A DNA stretch of 64,000 nucleotides from Rebecca billardiae RCC1528. Lineage: Eukaryota; Protista; Haptophyta. How positions within the stretch are numbered: position 1 is the stretch's first letter; the number at the start of each line of letters is the position of its first letter. The stretch lies in contig OZ251238.1 of the NCBI GenBank assembly GCA_965240325.2, positions 868,001-932,000 on the forward strand, written 5' to 3'. Below, one piece after another: positions 55,294 to 64,000 of this stretch. The notes under the pieces were generated by a model. It saw only the letters and a program-made list of their open reading frames with translations. It had not been told where the DNA came from and did no database searches. Position numbers and translations under genes: made by a program.

Positions 55294-56904
55294 ATGGCCG
55301 CCGCCTCGCGCGCCCGTGCGGGGTCATTTGCGCGACTCGCCTCGATGGTGGGCGAGCAGGAGGCACGGGAGTTCCTCGCCGCGGCCCTGCGCGCCCGTGT
55401 GCCTCTGCGTGGCGTCGGTCCACCTCGCCGACGGTCCGAGGCGGCCATCGCTGAGCTCACGCGGGCGTATCCGACACTGCTGGCGCCTGCGCTCGTCGGG
55501 CTGCACCGTGCGCGCGTGAACGAGGTGGCAGCAGAGGGCGTGCACGGGCGCAGCTCGCTCGAGAGCGATCAGTCGCTCTCATCGGAACCCGCCGTCGCCG
55601 CCCCGGCGGACGACCAAACTGCACGCGCGGACGCAGACGCTGACGCGGCCGACGTCGATTCAGCGCCCGTCGATGCCGACGACGTCAGCAGCGGCGCTCT
55701 CGACACCGAGGCTGCCGGCGGCGACGTCGAGCTCGACGAGGCAGAGGAGGCCAGCCCCGAGGGCGAGCCGCCCGCCCCGTCCAGCAACGAGCACGCCGCC
55801 CCCGCCGCCGGCCTTGGCGACGCCGAGCGCTCCGACGCGGCAAGCCTGCGGCGCGAACAGCGCGCGAGACGCGAGTGGTCGCAGGCCCTGGCACTGCAGG
55901 CGCCCGTGGCGCGCTCTGCGCAGATGCGCGCGCTGCTCGAGGCGCTGGCCGGCGCGCAGGAGCCGAGCGAGCCCGCGCGGCACATGCTCCCCGAGCTGCG
56001 CTACACGCCCGGCTGTGCCCCCGACGTCGTGCACACGGATGCGCATGCCACCGAAGTGGCGGGCGTGGCGCGCTCGGCTGCTGTGACGGCGCTTGCGCTT
56101 GAGAGCGCGCGCGCGCGCGGCCGGCGCTCGCTGCGCGCGCTGGCGCGCGCGCGGTTCGCGTCGCGTGCGCTGCTCGCGCCCACGCCGCAGGGCTGGGCCC
56201 TCGCGCCCGCCGCGCCCTCGCGCCCGCCCCCGCTCCCGCCCGCGCGCGAGCGCCGGCCGCGGCCCAGCGGTGGCCCCGTCCTGATCTGCCTAGACAGCTC
56301 AGGCAGCATGGCTGGCGGCGCGGGCGCGCTCGCAAAGGCGGCGGCACGCGTCGTGGTGGAGTCGGTGAGCCACGCTCGGAGGCGCGGCTGGCTCCTCGCG
56401 TTCGGCGGGCCGCGGGACGCCCTCGTCGCCGTGCCGCTGCACACGCCTCCCGCGCCGCGCGCCGCCGCGAGCGCGGCCGCGGCCGCGGCCGCGCCCGCGC
56501 GCGCACTCTCTCGCACAGATGAGGTTCTGCGCCGGCCGAGCGACGGCGGCACCGACGTGAGCGTGGCTGTTCGCGCGGCGGTGCGCGCGATGGTCGCGCG
56601 GCGGTGGACGGACGCTCGGCTGCTCATCATCTCCGACGGCGACCTTCCGCCCGTCGACGAGCGCACACTCGCCGAGCTCGCGCGCGCGCGCCGCGCGCAC
56701 TCGCTCGGCGTGCACTGCGCGCTGGTTGATGCCTACGCGCGGCCTCTGCCGTCCGACGCGGTGCGCGCGCTGTGCGCCGCGGCGCGCGGGGCAGAACGGC
56801 GTGGGGCACACGGGCTGGCGCTCACGCGTGGCGAGGCGCGCGACAGCCTGCACCTCTTCTCGCTGCCGGCCATCCAGCACCACCCCAGCCTCAAGTCTCA
56901 CTGA
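55294..56904 (+). CDS. vWA-domain protein, ViaA/YieM/CoxE-like
   Basis: MLPELRY, GGPVLICLDSSGSM (MIDAS DxSxS), AKAAA, GGTDV, LLIISDG. Confidence 0.8.
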   Translation: MAAASRARAGSFARLASMVGEQEAREFLAAALRARVPLRGVGPPRRRSEAAIAELTRAYPTLLAPALVGLHRARVNEVAAEGVHGRSSLESDQSLSSEPAVAAPADDQTARADADADAADVDSAPVDADDVSSGALDTEAAGGDVELDEAEEASPEGEPPAPSSNEHAAPAAGLGDAERSDAASLRREQRARREWSQALALQAPVARSAQMRALLEALAGAQEPSEPARHMLPELRYTPGCAPDVVHTDAHATEVAGVARSAAVTALALESARARGRRSLRALARARFASRALLAPTPQGWALAPAAPSRPPPLPPARERRPRPSGGPVLICLDSSGSMAGGAGALAKAAARVVVESVSHARRRGWLLAFGGPRDALVAVPLHTPPAPRAAASAAAAAAAPARALSRTDEVLRRPSDGGTDVSVAVRAAVRAMVARRWTDARLLIISDGDLPPVDERTLAELARARRAHSLGVHCALVDAYARPLPSDAVRALCAAARGAERRGAHGLALTRGEARDSLHLFSLPAIQHHPSLKSH

Positions 56905-57305
56905 TCGTCCGAATAAGGACCGCGACTCAGAATCAGATGCGACGCTATGCGATGACAGCGTACGTCGTTATTGATGACTGATCGTCGGCGGAGTGTCAGT
57001 TCGTCGAGCAGTCTTTAGCAGACGACCATACTGATACGTAGCAGTGTGCATGGCCTATATGCCGGCGGCTATACTGCTAGTATGGGCCGTATGGCATCAT
57101 TGGCGCGACTACTCGGTGCGCCCGCGCGGCCGGCCCTGCGGGCCTGCCGGGCGCTGGCGGCCCGGGCCACGTGCGGCACCGTTGGCGTTGGCGTCATTAG
57201 CACGGCAGCTCCGCGTCGTGGCAGCCCGAGTGTGCTGTGCCGCTGCGCGGCGCCCTACTCACCTAGTTGGTCGCCGAAAATGGTTACGACGCCGACGGCG
57301 GAAGA

Positions 57306-58076
57306 TCATGACGCCGCCTGGGCGGAATCGTACCATGCGCGGATCTCGGGTACCGCCGACGCGCGCTCGAAGAAGGCGCTGAGCAGCGGGTATGAGTCTA
57401 CGCACGTGGGCGGGATGCCATCCAGGATCCCCCGCTTGAGCCAGCGCAGCTGCGCGAGTACCGTCACGTCCGCGATCGTCGGCTTCGACCCGACGAACCA
57501 GCCCGTGCCATTCGCCTCGAGCATGTCCTCCAGCCCCTTGAGCACCGCCGGGATCTTCTTCTGTGCCGCGTCATGCCGCAGCGCCTTCTGCGCCTTTGCG
57601 CGCTCGGATGCGGAGAGCTGCTCGACGTGCATGATCTGGATGGACGCGCGCAGGGCGTTCTGCAGGTCGTCCGAGAGCCCGAGCACCTCGTCCACCCGGA
57701 TCGCCGCCATCGGGCTCGACGGGTACAGACCGCTCAACTTTCCAATGTACGCAAGCATCGCTCCCGACTGCGCGACCGTCTCGCCGTCAATCTCGAGAAG
57801 GGGCAGCTGCCCGAACTTGGTCTTCGGCTTCAACGCGGGCCAGTCGGCGAACTTCACGCGCACGTCCGTGAACTGCAGCCCGCCGGCGACGCACGCGAGC
57901 CGGACCTTCTCGGCCTGGCCCTCGATGTCCAGGTACGTCAGCTTGAGGGTGGGCTTGGGCATCAGGCTGCGCAGCGCGTCCTCGACCGGCTCGGCGACAG
58001 GCGCGAGCGCGTCGACGCGCGGCATGCAGTACCCCAGCACGGCGCCCGCACCAGCGGCGGCGATCGTTCGCAACAT
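57306..58076 (-). CDS. Glutathione S-transferase (sigma-like) with N-terminal targeting extension
   Basis: LKLTYLDIEGQAEKVRL, KFGQLPLLEIDG, AQSGAMLAYIGKLSGLYP, WFVGSKPTIADV. Confidence 0.92.
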   Translation of the reverse strand: MLRTIAAAGAGAVLGYCMPRVDALAPVAEPVEDALRSLMPKPTLKLTYLDIEGQAEKVRLACVAGGLQFTDVRVKFADWPALKPKTKFGQLPLLEIDGETVAQSGAMLAYIGKLSGLYPSSPMAAIRVDEVLGLSDDLQNALRASIQIMHVEQLSASERAKAQKALRHDAAQKKIPAVLKGLEDMLEANGTGWFVGSKPTIADVTVLAQLRWLKRGILDGIPPTCVDSYPLLSAFFERASAVPEIRAWYDSAQAAS

Positions 58077-58430
58077 GAGCCAACGATGAGGCGCCGACGC
58101 GCGCGGAGGCGTTGCGCGGCCGTGCGGTCCAGACGAGGCGAAGAAGCGCAGTCGTTCGGGATGTCCGCACGCCGGGCAGGCGGACGTGGAATGTGGATGG
58201 AAGCTGCAATTTGCATGCGCCGTGAGCCCCTGACCGGGTACAGTATAATAGCTCATGATTGTAGTCACCACGGCCCAAGGTGTAAGCAGTATCATACAGA
58301 AAGGTTCGTAACATGTACTGATGTAGTACTACTATGTACACTGTGACGACGATCGCTGAGACGAGTCGGAAACCTATGGCGATCGATCGATCGATCGTCG
58401 CCTGTAGCCATCGATCAACATCACTCGTCA

Positions 58431-59705
58431 TCACGGCGCCGCCGGCGCGCCCAGCCCGAGATCGATCACCGCCTCCATGGCGGCGCGCTGCACGGACTGC
58501 GGCAGCGCGGCGCCGAGGCGGTCGGTGCGCGCGGACCACGCGCTGATGCAGTCATGGTAGTGCAGCCGCAGCATGCCGAGCACGATGGCGGAGGCCCAAT
58601 CGAGCGACGGCGGCGCGTCGCCCTCCGCGCCCTCCTGCAGCTGCCGCTCCTCCAGCTCGTCCGGCATGCGCTGCAGCAGCTCGCCCAGGCTGGTGCCAAG
58701 GGCAGACGCCAGCCGAGAGTCGAGCGCCCACCGGCCGTCCGGACGCTGCAGCGGCAGCACTGCGGCGAGGATTGGGTCCGTCTCCGCCTGCGCGGCGGCA
58801 GCGGCGACCTCCGCCGCCGCCGCCGACACCGCCGCCGCCGCCGCCGCCTGCACCTCGTCGTCGTCGTCGTACTCGTCCTCGACCACCGCCCCGGGCGGCG
58901 GCGGCACCGGAATGCCCGGCATCGGCCGGGTAATCCGGTTCGGCTCGCACCAGTTGGCCGCGGCGTATTTCGTCAGCAGGTGCACGAGGACGGGCTTGAG
59001 CGGCGAGCCGACCCACGAGCCGTGCACGTGCACGCGCAGGTCGAGGGCGGGCGGCTTGACGAACGCGATGTCGAGCTCGCCCTTCTCGCCCGCCGCGGGG
59101 CGCATGCCGACGCGCAGCGAGCCGCGCACCTTCAGGTCTCGGAGCTGCGCGACCACCGAGAAGGATCGGCCGAATTTGGCGCCGTCGAGGCGGATGCGCA
59201 CGGCGAGCTGCTCGGAGGGCGGCTCCCACACGATGTCCCACGTCGTCACGTGCTCGCTCTCGTGGCGCACCAGCGCGAGCGCCGGCGACCACGACGAGGA
59301 CGCGGGCAGCACCACCTCCTCCACCTCAAGCGAGCGGACGCCGTCAATCTCGCCGACGCCGCGCGCGAGCGCGCTGGCGATCACGTCGGCGTAGTACGCC
59401 TCGCGGCGCGCGATGAAGCCGGCGTGGAGCACGTCGCGCATGAACCGCGTCCAGCCGTCGATCAGCGCGCTGTGCACGAGCAGCTGCGAGCGCAGCTCGG
59501 CCACCTCGCGCTCGAGCGCCTGGAGGCGCGTCTCGCCTTTGCGCTCGTGCGCCTGCTGCGTCGCCCAGGGCAGCGCGACGCCCCAGCTCGCCGAGAGGGA
59601 CGGATCGATCTTGTGCGTGGGCTTGGCGCCCTGCCCCGTCGCCGCCTGGGCCTGGGCTTGGGCCTGGGCCAAGCCCTGCTGCACCTTGCGCCAGGCATCC
59701 TCCAT
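58431..59705 (-). CDS. Coiled-coil + SMP (TULIP lipid-transfer) domain + VWA5A/PARP4-type C-terminal helical domain
   Basis: SMP signature VAQLRDLKVRGSLRVGMRP..IAFVKPPALDL..LKPVLVHLL..WCEPNRI. C-terminus LPLQRPDGRWALDSRLASALGTSL..WASAIVLGML..W. Confidence 0.75.
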   Translation of the reverse strand: MEDAWRKVQQGLAQAQAQAQAATGQGAKPTHKIDPSLSASWGVALPWATQQAHERKGETRLQALEREVAELRSQLLVHSALIDGWTRFMRDVLHAGFIARREAYYADVIASALARGVGEIDGVRSLEVEEVVLPASSSWSPALALVRHESEHVTTWDIVWEPPSEQLAVRIRLDGAKFGRSFSVVAQLRDLKVRGSLRVGMRPAAGEKGELDIAFVKPPALDLRVHVHGSWVGSPLKPVLVHLLTKYAAANWCEPNRITRPMPGIPVPPPPGAVVEDEYDDDDEVQAAAAAAVSAAAAEVAAAAAQAETDPILAAVLPLQRPDGRWALDSRLASALGTSLGELLQRMPDELEERQLQEGAEGDAPPSLDWASAIVLGMLRLHYHDCISAWSARTDRLGAALPQSVQRAAMEAVIDLGLGAPAAP

Positions 59706-59906
59706 CCTGACAATGCTGCCTCCGCGCGCGCCCGCCGTTGATCAAGAGCGCGCGCAAACTTAAGGCGGGCGCAACCCGGTGCCTCCGGACGGGTGCTGCG
59801 GAGGCACGCCCGGACACGCCTGGCTGCCCAGCAGGTGCGCCCGTCAAGGCAGAGAGGGCGGCTGGAGAGCCGCGGCGAGGCACATTGCGAGCGGCGTCGG
59901 GCGGCG

Positions 59907-62269
59907 ATGAACCTCTTCAGCGGCGCGATCAGCAAGCTCAAGGACTCCACCGGCCTCGACCTCGGCGAGTTCGCCTCGCAGCTGCGCGACGACACGACCG
60001 AGCTGAAGAAGGATGTGAAGGAGGTGGCAGGCAACCTGCATCTGGGCGAGCACATCGCCAACGCCTCGCGCATCTCGACGACCGTGCTCTCGCAGACGGC
60101 CTCGCTCATCGGCGCCACCGCCGAGCACGACGGCGCCGTCGACACCAGCGGGCGCGCCGCGCCGCACACGGGTGCGGGCGGAGGCGGCGCCTTCAGCCGT
60201 CATCAGGAGCGGCTGCGCGCGCTCCGGAGCGACCCGCAGGTGCGGCCCGCCGCGCCGCGCGCGCCCTCGCGGTGGTGTCGCACGCTCGTCCCCACCACGC
60301 CCCGCCCTTCGCGGCCCACGCGTGCCGCCGCCCCGCGCGCCCAGACCTTCACCACCGAACCCGCAGACGGCGAGGCGTTCAAACGCTGGAGCGAAGCATT
60401 TTCGCTCCTCGACCACTCGGAGGCGATCCAGGCGCTGCTGCGCGCGTGCCCCGAGGTGCACGCGCTGCACGCGAAGCACGTGCCGGCCAGCGTGCCCTAC
60501 CGCACCTTCTGGGAGCGCTACTACTACCGCGTGCACAAGTGCGCGGCCGCGCGCGCGAGCGCCCGCCCTCGCCGTGTGTTTGGGCGGCGCGCGCGTGCGT
60601 GCAGAGGGCTTGGAGGGCGGAGGGCGTGTGCATGCTCGACCGCTGCACGGGGCAGGGCCCACCCTCGCCGCGCTGCCATCCACGGGCACGGCCTCGCCTG
60701 CTTCCCCCATGCCGCGCGGCGCGCTCACGAGCTAACCCGCAAGCGCGCCCGCGCCGGCACATCTCTGTGCCGCCCTCGCCGCCCCGGACGGTTGGTCCCT
60801 GGCCGCCCCTGCCCCTGCGCCGGCGCTGGGCGCAGGCTGGAGGTGGAAGAGGCGCGCAGGCAGGAGGCGATCGCGCGCGCGACGGCGGCGGGTGGCGGCG
60901 GCGCGGCGGACGGCGGGCTCGACCTCGACTGGGGCGACAACGACGATGCCGACGATCTCACAGGGGCGGAGGGGAGCTGGCCAGAAGCCGCGGCCGACGC
61001 GGCCGCCGCGCCGCCGGCCGCGCACGCGAGCAGTGCGGCTGTGGAGGCCGCGGTTGCCGACCCGGCCAGCGGCATCGCGGCAGCTGCGGCCGGCGATGGC
61101 GCCGGCGCCGAGGCGGCGGCCGGGCGCGCGCCCAGTGGCACAAGCGGACAGCCCGCAGCGCAGCCGCCGAGCGCACCGCCGCGCGGCGCAGCGAGCGCCG
61201 GTGAGAAGTGCTCGCCTCCGCCGCAGCCCTCCGCGCTCGAGTCTGAAACACCGCAGCTGCCGGCGGCTGTGGCCGCGCCGACGATGGCGGGATCCGGCGA
61301 CGCGCAGCCCGGGGGCGCAGCAGCGCCCGCGGGGCCGGGCTCGGGCCCGGCGGCAGCGCGCGAGAGCGCAGCGCCACAGCCGCCGGCCGCACACTCACCG
61401 GCCGCGGCCCCGGCACCCATTTTCCCTGTCGCTGAGCCGTGCGCTGCGGCTCCGTCGTCCGCGGCGTCATCGCCCGTCGGCGGTGGCGCGGAGGGGTGCG
61501 AGGGCGAGGTCCGCTCGATGTCCTCCGTCTCGGGTGCGTGCGCGCACGCGCGCGCCACGTGCAGCGGCCGCCGCACGGCGCGCTGTCCACCAGCGCAGCG
61601 CAGCACGCCGCGCGCACCCACCTATCCCCCACCGCGCGCCGCCGCCGCCTTCACCCGTCGCCCGGCGCGTGCGAACGTGCGCCGCAGGTGACCACGCCTC
61701 GGTCGACCACTCGATCGTCTCTTCCGTCGAGGCCTCCTCCGCCTCCGCGCTCGAGGCGAGCGGCGTTTCGTCATTCCAGCTCGTGAGCTCGTCAGAGGCG
61801 GTGCGTGCGTGCGCGCGCGGCGCTCTGCGGGGCGGGCGAGCGCAGCGGCGCGCGTGCGTGCGCGCGCGCGCGGCGACGCCTGTGCCGGCGCGTGGGTGGG
61901 CGGGGGTGCGGGCGGCGCACTGCACGCGCGCCACTGACGTGCGCCCGCGCCGCCCGCACCGCGCCGCGATGGCGCGCGCCTCAGGACTCCATGGAAGGCG
62001 GTGGACACGAGCGCGCAGACGCGCTCGCTGACAGCGCTGGCGCCTCCGGCTCACCGCTGGGGCACAAGGCGGTGCGGGCGCCGGCGGCCGCACCCGCGCC
62101 GCCACACGGCGGCGCGCCGGGCTCCGCCCCCGTGCCTGCGCCGCCGGCTGCCACCAGCGCAGCCGCGGACATCGCCGCCCCGACCTCCGCAGCGGCGGCT
62201 GGGCGCGGCGCGGCGGCGGCCGCGAGCGCAAACGACGACGACGACGACGACTGGGGAGACTGGTCCTGA
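59907..62269 (+). CDS. BSD-domain protein, 5 exons
   Basis: LRALRSDPQTFTTEP, LLRACPEVHALHAKHVPASVPYRTFWERYYYR, acidic DWGD motifs, ends DDDDWGDWS*. Introns incl. 60240-60344 and 60539-60835. Confidence 0.88.
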
Positions 62270-62742
62270 CTGCTGACTCCTGAGCCGGACTCTTCTGAGG
62301 CCTGCGGTCGCGGAGTTGCGCCTTGCGCCGTTGCGGGCGTGGGCGTCTTGGCACGGGCGGCCCGCTGCCTCGCATCCGCTGGATTCACACGAGCGCTGCC
62401 AGCGGCAGCGCCCGTGAGCAGCGCCCGTGCCGAGGCCTGTCGGCGTCGGTCTTCCGTGCACTCGCGGCGGAACAGTACATCCCTCAGTGACGTGAGCGAG
62501 GAGGGGCGCGCGTGGCCCCGAGCGCGTGGGCTCGGCCTGGGCCGGGCTCCAGCTCTCCCGCAGGCCGCAGCAGCCACAGGTGTGCAGGCCCAGGGCAGGC
62601 GGCTGGAGAGCTCCCCACAATCGATCCGGAAGCACTCCGGTACAATAGGCCAGGAAGTCCGGCGAAAAGTTTCAACTTTCAAACCATATCGTTGCTTTGG
62701 CCGGCCGGCGCCAGCTTTTCACGAAGTCGGACGAACGTAAGC

Positions 62743-64000
62743 ATGCCGGCGAGCCCGTCTACGCTGCCGTCGCGCTCGCCGACGGCCCCGGGCTCGAGGG
62801 GTGGCGCGTCCGGACTCGGCAGCAGGACGAGCGGGTCAGCCACCAAGTCGACCGTCTCGCGCCTGGCGAGGCCACGCACGCCCGTGCGCACGCCGACATC
62901 TGGCGCGCGCCGCGCAGGCGCGAGCGGCGCGGCAGAGTCGCCCGGGTCCAAGGCGGAGGCGGAGGAGCAGCAGCCCAGCGGCCCGGCCGTCGAGCTCGAG
63001 GCGCTCGCGCGGAAGAATGGCGTGCTCGTCGAGCGTCTGCACACGCTTCGCGAGGTCCGCGCCTCCGAGCTCTCCGCCGAGGAGCTCCGTGGTGTCGTGG
63101 CGCTCGTCGACGCGAGCGCATCGCTTGAGCGCCTCAGCATCATGTGCGCGCACGCGCACGCCACGCCGAGCCCTCGCGGTGGTGTCACGCGTCGTGCATT
63201 TTAGCATGGCACCTCGCCATCGGCTGGCACCGTCTGGACGCGCGTGCAGCTCGCACGCGCAGCGCGCGCGCGACAGAGTCGCCGCTCACCGCGCGTGCCC
63301 GCCCCTGGTGTGACCCCCGCGCGCGGCACGCGCGCCCGCTGCCCGCCAGGTGCACCGATGCGAGCGAGGCCGAGGCGGCAGCTCTGGCGACAGCGCTCCG
63401 GACGAACAAGACGCTCCGCTCGCTCTACCTCAGGTGCGCCGCGCCTCTGCATGTGCACCGACATTTGCGGACGCAGCGGCAGACGGGCGATGCGCGCGGC
63501 GTGGGCTGACCCACCCACTGATGCGCGCGCATGGCACGCGCGCAGCTACAACACGCTGGCGGATGGCGCGGCGGTGGAGCTGTGCTCCGCGCTTGCCGCG
63601 AACACAGGGCTGCACAGCCTGTATATGCGGTGCGCAGCGGCGCGCGGCGCGGCGCGGCGCGCGGCGTGGCGTGGCAGCACACAGCGGGCGCCGGTGGCTG
63701 CAGGGCCGAGCATGTCTCGCGCGCGGGGCCGAGTCCCGGGCCCCACTCACGCCCGCCGCCCGGCGCTCGCCCTCGCGCCGCGCCGCGCCGCGCAGCCATA
63801 CCGACCTCTGCTCCGCATCGACGGTGGCCCTTGCGAAGGCGCTCGGGGAGAACCTCACGCTTCAGACGCTGGCCCTCTCGCTGGCGCCCGGCGTGGAGGA
63901 GGGCGCGGCGCTTGCGCTGGCGGAGGCGCTGGGGGGGAACCGAGGGCTGCGCTCGCTCGAGATCCGGTGCGCGAGGCCGCGCGGCACGCGCGGATGCGCG
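62743..64000 (+). CDS. RNI-like leucine-rich-repeat protein, multi-exon, 3' truncated
   Basis: LATALRTNKTLRSLYL, LADGAAVELCSALAANTGLHSLY, LAKALGENLTLQTLAL, LAEALGGNRGLRSLEI separated by GT-AG introns. Confidence 0.82.

Overview
Gene-dense, very GC-rich eukaryotic nuclear DNA with short GC-rich spliceosomal introns (GTGCGC...GCGCAG). The style, plus a signal-peptide+'AF' plastid presequence, suggests a secondary-plastid alga such as a pavlovophyte haptophyte; this is inference only. About 27 protein genes can be supported, many in tight head-to-head pairs. They include a DFD-type AGC kinase, an R2R3-MYB, three SAM methyltransferases, a sulfotransferase, a B12-dependent monomeric class II ribonucleotide reductase with a putative mitochondrial presequence, NAD-GPDH, an IGPS-like plastid protein, a NIPA-type transporter, a rhodanese, a GST, a ViaA-like vWA protein, and BSD and LRR proteins. 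Three domain architectures look unusual: ankyrin-TM-SRCR-TM, PSI-TM-RING, and SMP fused to the VWA5A/PARP4 C-terminal domain. Non-coding structure includes a ~1 kb foldback inverted repeat just 3' of the RNR, a CAC-ended TIR element with decayed cargo nested inside a TA-TSD MITE, P-element-like (CAAGG-ended) MITEs, a loop-less 50-bp perfect palindrome and TAG/TA microsatellites. No tRNA, rRNA or CRISPR array was recognised. All family calls come from motif reading by eye; no searches were run.
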